35,639 nt of DNA from a virus (Duplodnaviria; Caudoviricetes): the IMG/VR virus record IMGVR_UViG_3300020325_000037, positions 1-35,639 of that record, one strand, 5' to 3'. The notes under the pieces are model-generated. The model saw only the letters and a list, made by a program, of their open reading frames with translations, ran no database searches and was not told the DNA's origin. A program made the position numbers and the translations under genes. This document shows, piece after piece, positions 26,760 through 35,526 of the stretch (the stretch's first letter is position 1; each line of letters starts with the position of its first letter).

Positions 26760-27350
26760 TCAAATTTTTTTCCAATGATTGCGAACTTTTGGATGTATAT
26801 CGAGTATACTAAAACTGTCTCTAATATCAAAGGCAATAGATACCCTACAATCATTTCCAATGTATCTATCAGTCGAATGCTTTAAACAACTCGAAAAGAG
26901 TACCATATTACCAATTATATTGGGAACCTTTTTTTCACCATAATATGTAGAAGTACTAGTATCACTGTAAATAAAAAGATTTCCAGAAACTAGATTAAAG
27001 TATCGGGTACTTTCTTCATCAGAATGGAGATGGGGATTAACCATTTCGCCATTTCTCAATACATTTGCCCAACACTGGACATATATACTGGTCTCCCGAC
27101 TATTAGTAAGTCTTTTATAATTTTGCTTGATAGTTTTCTTTAACTTTTTTGTTCCCCACCATTCTAAAACATTAAAATGACAGGCTCTTGAAGTTAAACT
27201 TTCGTATCCAAGACCTGTTTCTCCATCAAAATCATACTTCAAATCCCAAGTTTTTGCTGGGTATTTTTGTATGATTGATTTTTCATTCTTTAGAATTTTT
27301 TTCTTTAGATAAAGAGTATCAATATCTGTGGAAAATTCTTCAAAAAACAT
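26760..27350 (-). CDS. 2OG-Fe(II) oxygenase-like protein (start revised)
   Basis: WANVLR..PHLH, SGNLFI, LFSSCLKH, RVSIAFD; TAATG coupling with the upstream gene. Confidence 0.75.
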   Translation of the reverse strand: MFFEEFSTDIDTLYLKKKILKNEKSIIQKYPAKTWDLKYDFDGETGLGYESLTSRACHFNVLEWWGTKKLKKTIKQNYKRLTNSRETSIYVQCWANVLRNGEMVNPHLHSDEESTRYFNLVSGNLFIYSDTSTSTYYGEKKVPNIIGNMVLFSSCLKHSTDRYIGNDCRVSIAFDIRDSFSILDIHPKVRNHWKKI

Positions 27351-27970
27351 TACTTCCAACGAGGACCAACAGTCCAACCAACAATAGATTTTCGTAGACC
27401 ACTCTTAACTTTTGTGACTCGGTGCATTGTTCGAGAATCAAACAAAATAACTGTGCCGCGCTTCCTTGGTGCAAAATATGATTTACCTGCTTCATCAAGG
27501 AGTTGAAGGTTTCCACCTTCATAGGCATCTGGATCGGAAAGTTGAAGAACAAAGGATAGTTTACGAACCATCTCAACATTTTCATTGAGGTAATCTTGTG
27601 CAATACCTTCTGAACGATTACCAAAACTTACTGGTTTGTATTGACCAGCTAGTCCAGCATCATTATGCCAACCATAAAATTGTCCCTCACCATATCGAGT
27701 ATATTGCATTGACTCACCATCAATACAACGAAGGTTATAAAGGAAGTTCTCTCGATTAGCACGCTCAATATAATGCCACAAGAATCCACCAAGCCAATGT
27801 TGACTTGGAACCCATGCATTTTGAGAGTTACGCTTTTCTTTATTCAGAGAATCTCCCATAAGACGGGAATCTCCCATCTGATCATCAAACTTTTCCGTAA
27901 GATCTTTTTCAACAATCTCTACAACATCTTCAGGAAGATCGGTAAAATACCAAATAGACTGATACGCCAT
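27350..27970 (-). CDS. 2OG-Fe(II) oxygenase, PKHD/prolyl-hydroxylase-like
   Basis: WHND (HxD), RKLS, YEGGNL, HRVTKVKSGLRKSIVGW. Confidence 0.88.
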   Translation of the reverse strand: MAYQSIWYFTDLPEDVVEIVEKDLTEKFDDQMGDSRLMGDSLNKEKRNSQNAWVPSQHWLGGFLWHYIERANRENFLYNLRCIDGESMQYTRYGEGQFYGWHNDAGLAGQYKPVSFGNRSEGIAQDYLNENVEMVRKLSFVLQLSDPDAYEGGNLQLLDEAGKSYFAPRKRGTVILFDSRTMHRVTKVKSGLRKSIVGWTVGPRWK

Positions 27971-27993
27971 ATACCAATAATATGTTCAAGTTT

Positions 27994-28022
27994 ATTATAT
28001 ATGATTATTAAATGAAAGTCAA
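27994..28022 (-). promoter_or_regulatory. Sigma70-type promoter TTGACT-N17-TATAAT for the oxygenase cassette
   Basis: -35 at 28017-28022, -10 at 27994-27999. Confidence 0.8.
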
Positions 28023-29426
28023 TTACGAAATTCTTTGAATTGTTACCTCACCTGACTGATACCCAGGATATACTCCAGTATTTTGACGCGACCAATCAGT
28101 AAATCCTTCAGCAGAATCTCTACCATAGATACCACCCGCTCCAGAAGTTGCATAACATCCAGAATTCATACCACCACTAAATCCACCTCCAGCACCACTT
28201 CCACCACATCCTCTAGATCCTCCTCCTCCACCACCAAATCCACCATCATTTTGATTTACTGGTGAATTGGAATGTCCTATCGGAGAGGATCCAGCGCCGC
28301 CATGAAATGCTCTATGATAATCAGAAGGAACAGAAGATACCCCTCGATTTTGGCGTGATGGACCATCAGCCCACTGACTAGTAGGACCACCACTATTTCC
28401 AGGATAACCACCTCCAGAACTGTTTAATGGTTGGTTTCCAGCCATTGTAAAGACAGCATTCTGTGAATGATTAAATGCACCGAAATTAGGATTAGGTCCA
28501 GGAAAAGCATATGATTCTGGAATCGCCATCCAAGATACTGGATTATTCTGATTTGCATCATCTGGTGATGCAGTTCTCGACATAAATCCAGCACCACCGC
28601 CACCTTCAAAGTTTCTAGCACCCGGACCACCCCAGTCTATTTGACCAGCATAACCAGCAGCTTGTCTTCTAAAACTATTATAGTCATAAGACGGTGGACT
28701 TATTCCAGGTCCAGGAGTACTTACACTACTTCTAGTTCCAAATATATTAGTAGATCCATTTATACCCCTACCATCCGTCGCGTTAAATGGACTACCATGG
28801 GCTCCAGAACCACCTCCACCAGCACAAATAATTGATTCTAAAGTTCTAGAATTATAAGAATAATTCATACCACTTCCACCATTATCCCAATAATTACCAA
28901 CATACCATACAAATGATCCTCCACCTCCACCACCACAATAGGATTGTTCGATTCCTTTCTTACCAACAACAATTAAAATAATATCTCCACCTAAAAGTGG
29001 ACCTCTAGTTGTACAATAAGATCCCCTTCCTCCGTATGCCGTCCCGCCAGATGATGAATTTGGGCAATCACCACCAGCAGCTCCACGAGCTGAAAGTTCA
29101 TATACACCATCTTCTGGAATAACAAGTTTTATAACTCCCCTCCAATTGACAGTATGATCATGTTCTACGGTACTAAAAAGATGCCTACCCCCATTACGAA
29201 ATCCTGATCCTGAATAGTTAGGATTACCATATATTGTAGAGTCAGGACTTCCTAATGCGCCGGTGTCAATATTATCGGCGTTGAAAGTATAAGTAGTTCC
29301 AGCAGTCCAATTATACAGGGGAGGGTTTGGTCCGCCGCCGCCACCAGTAAGATATCCAGTGGTACCACCACCCATACCCATCATACCTTGAATGGGTCTT
29401 TCTTTCCTAAACCAGTTGTTAAACAT
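28023..29426 (-). CDS. Glycine-rich adhesin-like protein 6, ALK/LTK-GRD-like (467 aa)
   Basis: GVYELSARGAAGG, GGGGGGSFV, GGFGGGGGG, GAGGGFSGG. Confidence 0.75.
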   Translation of the reverse strand: MFNNWFRKERPIQGMMGMGGGTTGYLTGGGGGPNPPLYNWTAGTTYTFNADNIDTGALGSPDSTIYGNPNYSGSGFRNGGRHLFSTVEHDHTVNWRGVIKLVIPEDGVYELSARGAAGGDCPNSSSGGTAYGGRGSYCTTRGPLLGGDIILIVVGKKGIEQSYCGGGGGGSFVWYVGNYWDNGGSGMNYSYNSRTLESIICAGGGGSGAHGSPFNATDGRGINGSTNIFGTRSSVSTPGPGISPPSYDYNSFRRQAAGYAGQIDWGGPGARNFEGGGGAGFMSRTASPDDANQNNPVSWMAIPESYAFPGPNPNFGAFNHSQNAVFTMAGNQPLNSSGGGYPGNSGGPTSQWADGPSRQNRGVSSVPSDYHRAFHGGAGSSPIGHSNSPVNQNDGGFGGGGGGSRGCGGSGAGGGFSGGMNSGCYATSGAGGIYGRDSAEGFTDWSRQNTGVYPGYQSGEVTIQRIS

Positions 29427-29441
29427 ATTCTTTACCCCCTA

Positions 29442-30437
29442 TCAAGAAGTCTTGGTTTGATTACCGATAACAGTATAAGTGTTTGCAGCAGTTTTGATAA
29501 TATTAAAGGTGTAAATATCAACACCCGATGATCCACCATCTGATGGTGCAGAACCACCAATCCAATTTATGTTAGTTTGATTAGTACCATCAATCTCAAG
29601 TCCGGTTACATTATATGCAGAGTTGTTTACAGAGTGAATAATGGTGACAGTGATTGCTTCACCAACATTCATAGTGTTATCCAGTGATCTAGTAGAACTA
29701 TATCTAACATTAGGTCTAGCAGAAGAACCCAAGTTAGCAGTCCTAAAATGAACCATACCATCTGAAATATTAATTGATGTTGCAGAACCGAGGTCATTAG
29801 AAAGAATTTTAACTTGCTCAGAAAGCATCTTACGGGTATTTAAACCCTCTGAGGTAAATAACTGACCTCCATCAACCTGCCAGTAATTTTGAACACCAGA
29901 CTGGTTCCAAGTGAATGACTTATCACCATCGGCACCACCGAAGAGTGTGAGTCCACCACCATTAGCAGTGGTGTTTGTTGGTGTAGTTACAGAACCGATA
30001 CCAATATTAGCATCTTCTACACTGAGATTTGCTGTATCAATTGTTGTAGTCGTACCATTGACGGTAAGGTCACCAGTAATCGTAGCATTATTACTTACAG
30101 TTAAATCTGCAATAGTTCCTGTAATATCAGCAAATGATGTAGAACCAGAAACATTCAGAGTACTACAAGTAATAATACCAGTAGTATTAAGATTTGCTCC
30201 ACCAGTAAGATTAAGTCCACCACTAGCAGTAATATCACCAGTGATGTTAGCACCACTACCAAATTCTGCTGGACCAGTAAATATGGAACTTCCGCTGTTG
30301 GTAAAGGTACCACCGTTTGTTATATTACCAGCACTAGTAACGGAAACAATACCCGTCACAGCAAGTGTGTTTGCTTCAGGAACAGTAACTACCGTACCCG
30401 TTCTCGATTTAATATTATCGACTCTTAATGTAGACAT
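29442..30437 (-). CDS. Tail-fibre carrier protein (331 aa)
   Basis: MSTLRVDNI start; C-terminal WIGGSAP..DIYTFNIIK. Confidence 0.75.
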   Translation of the reverse strand: MSTLRVDNIKSRTGTVVTVPEANTLAVTGIVSVTSAGNITNGGTFTNSGSSIFTGPAEFGSGANITGDITASGGLNLTGGANLNTTGIITCSTLNVSGSTSFADITGTIADLTVSNNATITGDLTVNGTTTTIDTANLSVEDANIGIGSVTTPTNTTANGGGLTLFGGADGDKSFTWNQSGVQNYWQVDGGQLFTSEGLNTRKMLSEQVKILSNDLGSATSINISDGMVHFRTANLGSSARPNVRYSSTRSLDNTMNVGEAITVTIIHSVNNSAYNVTGLEIDGTNQTNINWIGGSAPSDGGSSGVDIYTFNIIKTAANTYTVIGNQTKTS

Positions 30438-30472
30438 TCGTTTTCGTCGTGACGGTTTTTGCTAGAAATTAT

Positions 30473-31138
30473 TTATAATATCATTAGAGCGCCATCATCA
30501 ATATCAACAGTTACATTAGGTTCAACATCATAAGTTAACTCATCCTGTAACTCTACGGGCATTTTACCATACCCAACAAAAGCACTCTCTAAACTCATAG
30601 GAAGATTGAAACTTGTGCGAATATTATCATCAAAGTCAGTCTTCCTGTATATATTTGTCTGTTGTGCAGGATTTCCAAAAAAGTCAATATCAAATTCATC
30701 CTTATCTTTGATGAGTAGTAAGCACTCATCATCAATACTAACAGTTACTCCAGGTTCAATATCAACAGTAACATCCTGATGTGTAAATACTTCTCCAAAC
30801 TTTTGAGGTGCTGATATAGTAGCATCAGTAGTAAATCTTGCACTGTGCAAGAATAAAATTTTATTGAGAGTATCTACATCATAATCAATACCACCACTTC
30901 CACTACCACCGCCACCAGCGATAGAAATATCAACTCTACTACCATCAACTAAAAATGTATTTCCAGCACCAACAAAATTAATGGTTTCAATTATACCATC
31001 ATGTACTGTTTGACCGGCAGAGTGAATACCAATACCCTTAATACCAGAACTAGCAACAATAGTATTTGCTTGGATATCTCCAAATCCAAGATCTAAATCA
31101 CTCTGTATAACACCTTGTCCAACTTTAGTTAATCCCAT
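30473..31138 (-). CDS. Fibre linker protein (221 aa)
   Basis: GIGIHS..TINFVGAGN motif and two VDIEPGVTVSIDD-type modules. Confidence 0.65.
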   Translation of the reverse strand: MGLTKVGQGVIQSDLDLGFGDIQANTIVASSGIKGIGIHSAGQTVHDGIIETINFVGAGNTFLVDGSRVDISIAGGGGSGSGGIDYDVDTLNKILFLHSARFTTDATISAPQKFGEVFTHQDVTVDIEPGVTVSIDDECLLLIKDKDEFDIDFFGNPAQQTNIYRKTDFDDNIRTSFNLPMSLESAFVGYGKMPVELQDELTYDVEPNVTVDIDDGALMIL

Positions 31139-31545
31139 CAGAATAATCCTAATGCATTAGTACGGATAGTTGTTCCAGAACAAATAGTAACTGTAGAACC
31201 TGTAGAGATTGTTATATTCTTTTCTTTAGCAATTACCATATTTCCTTCAGAAGCACTTGCACATATATTCAAAACATCACAACCACTACCACCTAAGGTA
31301 AGAGTCATGTTGTTTACGTAAAGACTCTCCAACCCACAGTCACTTCCTATAGCAGATCCGATACCAGTAGCACTACTACCACCACCGCCAGCACCAGAAC
31401 CAGAAATACTTACATCAACTTGATCATTATGTACGGCAAAAGTGTTTCCAGCACCAATGAAATTAATAGTTTTGATTAATCCACTGTGAACATTAGATCC
31501 ACCAGAGTGAATACCAATACTTCCAGTAAGTCCTTCTAGCGCCAT
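31138..31545 (-). CDS. Fibre linker protein (135 aa)
   Basis: GIHSGG..TINFIGAGN motif and ITISTGSTVTI module. Confidence 0.65.
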   Translation of the reverse strand: MALEGLTGSIGIHSGGSNVHSGLIKTINFIGAGNTFAVHNDQVDVSISGSGAGGGGSSATGIGSAIGSDCGLESLYVNNMTLTLGGSGCDVLNICASASEGNMVIAKEKNITISTGSTVTICSGTTIRTNALGLF

Positions 31546-31573
31546 TATGTTCAGGAAGTCTTTTTACTATTTA

Positions 31574-31747
31574 TCAAGCAGGTGTTGTTCCCAAATTACC
31601 AGAATTATCTACAGTTAAACGATATCGTGTCCCATTTGGAGACGTTAAGATAAGACCACCATTACCAAGTTCAAGTCTATCACCAACTTGAAGTTCTTGG
31701 AATTGCTTAGCAGTTGAATTATATGTTAATGGATACTTATCAGCCAT
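31574..31747 (-). CDS. 57-aa late protein
   Basis: Not in the ORF track. MADKYPLTYNSTAKQFQELQVGDRLELGNGGLILTSPNGTRYRLTVDNSGNLGTTPA; N-terminus paralogous to 34379..34720; late promoter at 31768. Confidence 0.75.
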   Translation of the reverse strand: MADKYPLTYNSTAKQFQELQVGDRLELGNGGLILTSPNGTRYRLTVDNSGNLGTTPA

Positions 31748-31770
31748 TCTATCAAACTGTTTTTAGATAT

Positions 31771-32172
31771 TTATGCCTTATTAAAAGATATGAAACCTTT
31801 TGTTCCATCTCTCAAAAGAATACCAAGGTTCTCACCATTCAAAGGAAGTAAAGCATGAGTAGTTCTAGTTGCTATAGTCAAACTAGTTAATGCTGCAGTA
31901 TTCATTGTCGTACCTAAAACAATACAATAGAATTTAGATCCTGCACTAGGAGCAGAAGCAAAGGTCAACAAATTTTCTTCAACAATAAAAGACCTAACTG
32001 GTTCCTGAATAATACCATTCAATGATACAAGTAAAGTGTATGCATTTGAAGAAAAGAATGGTTCATTAGAAACCGAAAGATTAAAAGATACCCTATTACC
32101 ATCAAACTGGTCTGAAATATCATCCAGTTTGATATAGGGTCCTGTTGTTTGGGGTCTTCCTATGTATGGCAC
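31771..32172 (-). CDS. Short scaffold protein (133 aa), paralog of the 508-aa protein
   Basis: GTG start, PYIG, KLDDIS, VSLNGIIQEP, LTFASAP. Confidence 0.7.
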   Translation of the reverse strand: MPYIGRPQTTGPYIKLDDISDQFDGNRVSFNLSVSNEPFFSSNAYTLLVSLNGIIQEPVRSFIVEENLLTFASAPSAGSKFYCIVLGTTMNTAALTSLTIATRTTHALLPLNGENLGILLRDGTKGFISFNKA

Positions 32173-32210
32173 TGACTTATATTATATTCTATTTTATTAT
32201 TTATCCTATA

Positions 32211-33281
32211 TTATCCAACAAATGTAATTGTCAAATAACCACCTATCGGATTCAGACGAGTATATCCTGAATTACCATCTTTATCTAAGGCATCAGGTTC
32301 TCTCCACCCATTTCCTTGTGCATTGATTAAATTGCTACGATAAGTTGATCCTCCGGAACTACTATATCCGTTACCACCTCCTCCTGCACCACCATTATAT
32401 CCTCCACCAGGTCCCCCAGCATGGTTTCCCCCACCACCTGCACAACCAAATCCAGAGTCATGACCACCACTTACACCATCAGCATAATATCCTTCTCCTC
32501 CCTGAGCACCCTGAAGCCATCCCTGACACACTGTCGCATTAGAACTATAAGTGAAATTAGTTCCTGCAGTATATAAACCTCCTGCTGGAGCAGCAGCACC
32601 AGATCCACCACTATACCCATTTCCATTTCCACCATTTCCACCAGTCCCACAATCTCCCCTGGAGGAACCACCCGAAGGTTGATTTGCAGATACAAATGGC
32701 GATGCATCACGAATAGAAAGATCATTACTCGTAACATTATATGATCCACCAGCACCACCGCCAGCGATTAAAATAATATTAGAATCAACCGAAGAAGTAT
32801 CACAAAATGCCTGCTTCACAACAAAAGTACCTCCTCCACCACCACCATTGTATGAGTGGGCTTCGCCTGTCCTACCTATAGTGAATTGTATTTCGTCACC
32901 CATTTCAAAATCCATCTCACCTTGAGCTATAGCTCCTCTACCACCTCTTCTAGCGAGTCCTGTATCATATGAGGGAGAAGTTCCAGGTGCTCCTGCTGCT
33001 TCAAAAAAATAGCGACCAGTATACGGTAATGTTAATCGATGATATCCTTGATGCAAACCTTGCACAAGTCTTCCACTAGTTAAAAAAGGTTCTCCAGCAT
33101 ATCTACTTTGAAGAGTACTAAAAGTAGGACCATCTCTTCCTGCTACTGTTTCCTCAAAAGTGTATGTAGTGAATTCATATAAACCAGCAGCAGAACCAGC
33201 ATTACCAAATCCACCAGCGCCACCAGTAGTACTAGTCCCAGACATAAATGGTGCCATTTTTACGGTAGGATATAGTATCAT
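32211..33281 (-). CDS. Glycine-rich adhesin-like protein 7, ALK/LTK-GRD-like (356 aa)
   Basis: GRYFFEAAGAPG, GGGGGTFVV, ILIAGGGAG, GGGYNGG; AGGAGG SD. Confidence 0.75.
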   Translation of the reverse strand: MILYPTVKMAPFMSGTSTTGGAGGFGNAGSAAGLYEFTTYTFEETVAGRDGPTFSTLQSRYAGEPFLTSGRLVQGLHQGYHRLTLPYTGRYFFEAAGAPGTSPSYDTGLARRGGRGAIAQGEMDFEMGDEIQFTIGRTGEAHSYNGGGGGGTFVVKQAFCDTSSVDSNIILIAGGGAGGSYNVTSNDLSIRDASPFVSANQPSGGSSRGDCGTGGNGGNGNGYSGGSGAAAPAGGLYTAGTNFTYSSNATVCQGWLQGAQGGEGYYADGVSGGHDSGFGCAGGGGNHAGGPGGGYNGGAGGGGNGYSSSGGSTYRSNLINAQGNGWREPDALDKDGNSGYTRLNPIGGYLTITFVG

Positions 33282-33294
33282 AATTTACCTCCTA

Positions 33295-34128
33295 TTAAGC
33301 AGTTTTAGTTTGATTACCGAATACGGTAAAAGCAGAATCTGCCGTTTTCACAACAGTAAACACATACATATCTTTTGCACTACCATCAGATGGAGCAGAT
33401 CCTCCTGCCCAATTAACTGTTTGCGAAGAACCGTCAATAGTCAACCCATTAATGTATGATCCAGCAGCACCAGTACACATAATAGTCATTGTAACAACAT
33501 CATTGATAGCCATCCAAGCATTTACACTCGATCCACCATATACCAATTGTGCCGCTGCAGATACAGCACCTGGAGCACTAGAATTTCTGAAATGTACTAA
33601 TCCATCAGCAATATCAAATTGAAGTGATGCACCAATTGAAGTGGTTATAACATTTGCCTTTTCTTTTGTGATTCCAGAAAGATATACGGATCCAGAAGTA
33701 ACTTCAAGACCAGTTCTAGCAGTTACAAGACCAACAGAATCAATATTGGTTACATCTTCATAAGTTAAAGTTCCTGCAATACTTACATTACCTGTAGCAT
33801 TAAGGTTAGTTACGGTAAGACTTGGAGCACCAGTAAGTCCAACTGCATTAACATTGGTTAAAGCGGAACCATCAACTGCGGGAAGAGATGCTGGAAATCT
33901 AGCATCAGGAACTGTTCCAGAATCTAAATTTGAAGCATTGACACTAGAAGGAGAAACATTTGTTAATCCAGCACCATCTCCATGAAAACTAGTAGCAGTT
34001 ACAGCACCACTAACATTAGCATTCAATGTTGTAGCAGTAACGACACCCGTTACAGTAATTCCGTGAGGAAAGTCTACCGCACCCAATCCACTTTTACTAG
34101 CAATTGAATTTACATTAATTCTGGACAT
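33295..34128 (-). CDS. Tail-fibre carrier protein (277 aa)
   Basis: MSRINVNSI start, GTLTYEDVTNIDSVG, C-terminal WAGGSAP..DMYVFTVVK. Confidence 0.75.
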   Translation of the reverse strand: MSRINVNSIASKSGLGAVDFPHGITVTGVVTATTLNANVSGAVTATSFHGDGAGLTNVSPSSVNASNLDSGTVPDARFPASLPAVDGSALTNVNAVGLTGAPSLTVTNLNATGNVSIAGTLTYEDVTNIDSVGLVTARTGLEVTSGSVYLSGITKEKANVITTSIGASLQFDIADGLVHFRNSSAPGAVSAAAQLVYGGSSVNAWMAINDVVTMTIMCTGAAGSYINGLTIDGSSQTVNWAGGSAPSDGSAKDMYVFTVVKTADSAFTVFGNQTKTA

Positions 34129-34154
34129 CGCCTTCTGACTACCTTTTTACTTAT

Positions 34155-34376
34155 TTATGAATTATTTACACGCCTATCACTGAGGACTCCATATATATCT
34201 GGAATGACCGTTTTGTTATCCTCAACAGTTAAAGTCACACTATCATCTATCGTTAAGATGGAATGTTCTAAGACTATATTTGATGGAACAGTATCAGCAT
34301 TACTATCGTCCAACACCATTGATTGCGTCAATGTAACTGACGAAAGAATCAGTTTAGTACTATCAATAGCATCCAT
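34155..34376 (-). CDS. Stand-alone linker module (73 aa)
   Basis: Near-copy of the C-terminal domain of 34379..34720 (LDDSNADTVPSN, EDNKTV). Confidence 0.7.
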   Translation of the reverse strand: MDAIDSTKLILSSVTLTQSMVLDDSNADTVPSNIVLEHSILTIDDSVTLTVEDNKTVIPDIYGVLSDRRVNNS

Positions 34377-34378
34377 AA

Positions 34379-34720
34379 TTAGTTATTAATGTACGTATCA
34401 GACAATACGTTATAAAGATCTGGTACGACAGTTTTGTTATCTTCAATGGTAACTGTAACACTATCATCTACAGTAATTGTAGACTCATTTGTTATAACAT
34501 TAGAAGGTACAGTATCAGCATTAGAATCATCTAATGTTATATTCTGTGTAATATGAACAGAACTTAAAATAAATGGTGAGTTTGTGTTATCTGGATATTT
34601 AATTACAGTTCCAGCAGATTGACCACTACCACCAGAAGAACCTGCTAATGTATCACCCTCAGGAAGTTCCTGAATCTGGTTAGCAATAGGATTATAAATT
34701 AGAGGAAATCTTTCCGCCAT
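34379..34720 (-). CDS. Fibre linker protein (113 aa)
   Basis: MAERFPLIYN..IQELPEGD N-terminus, Gly/Ser hinge, then linker module. Confidence 0.7.
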   Translation of the reverse strand: MAERFPLIYNPIANQIQELPEGDTLAGSSGGSGQSAGTVIKYPDNTNSPFILSSVHITQNITLDDSNADTVPSNVITNESTITVDDSVTVTIEDNKTVVPDLYNVLSDTYINN

Positions 34721-34721
34721 A

Positions 34722-35048
34722 TCAGGTCATCTCCAAAATAGTTAGTGCAATATCAAGACTACTAGCAGTATCACTATTTACAGTTAATGTATCAGTAGTC
34801 TCTAAAACAACTTTGTTTCCTTGCATAAATTCAAGAGTTGATCCTTGAGGAATAGGAACATTCTTCAAAATTTTAATATCATCCGAAGACGCTCTAGTAA
34901 TTCCAACACCAACATTAATTCCACTACCAGATGTATTACATAAGGTAATACCAATGATGGTTGTTGTCGTTGCACTAGGAACAACATAAACGTTTTCGGT
35001 CGATACGCCTACAGATGCCTTAGTTTTTAGCTTAAAATTATTCGCCAT
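34722..35048 (-). CDS. Small beta-sandwich adaptor protein (108 aa)
   Basis: MANNFKLKT, IIGITLCN, GNKVVLETTDTL, ILEMT. Confidence 0.7.
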   Translation of the reverse strand: MANNFKLKTKASVGVSTENVYVVPSATTTTIIGITLCNTSGSGINVGVGITRASSDDIKILKNVPIPQGSTLEFMQGNKVVLETTDTLTVNSDTASSLDIALTILEMT

Positions 35049-35098
35049 GTTTTATTGACCTAGTGCGTCCATATCGATATCTCCAAGTATTTATATTA

Positions 35099-35506
35099 TT
35101 ACCCAAAAGCGATAGCAAGACGAACAACATCATCACCTGCAGAACCTCCACTTGCAGATGCTGCAGCAATAGAGGTCATATCAACAACAACGGTAGTTCC
35201 ATATCCTGTTATTGTAATTCCACTACCAACAAAATTCAAGTCAGTAAATCCAAGACCAACTCTATTAGTAATAGTACCAGAAGCAGGATCTACATCAGTA
35301 GATCCAACACCAATTCCAGATTGTGGATTAAAAAGTACTCCGTTCTTATAAAGATTCTGGCTAAAATTAATATCACCACGAACATCAAGTTGATAGTCTG
35401 GTGATGTTGTACCAATACCAACACTAGAACCAATACCAAGACTCTGATTAGAGTCATTGATATCGACTATAGAACCTAATTGAGATAGTTCTCTATTGTT
35501 AGCCAT
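35099..35506 (-). CDS. Fibre linker protein (135 aa)
   Basis: NRELSQ, VGIGTTSPDYQLDVRG, LNFVG; C-terminal LAIAFG. Confidence 0.7.
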   Translation of the reverse strand: MANNRELSQLGSIVDINDSNQSLGIGSSVGIGTTSPDYQLDVRGDINFSQNLYKNGVLFNPQSGIGVGSTDVDPASGTITNRVGLGFTDLNFVGSGITITGYGTTVVVDMTSIAAASASGGSAGDDVVRLAIAFG

Positions 35507-35526
35507 TACAGGTTTTTAGTTATTTA

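Noticed and set aside
9723-32542. His-, Thr- or Pro-rich plus-strand ORFs (e.g. 9723..10049, 23667..23981, 32345..32542)
   Set aside because: Antisense shadows of GGN polyglycine codons; no supporting promoters or SD sites seen.
4656-32758. Val-rich alternative-frame minus-strand ORFs inside glycine-rich genes
   Set aside because: Out-of-frame reading of GGT runs gives GTG (Val); each is nested in or overlaps a better-supported gene.
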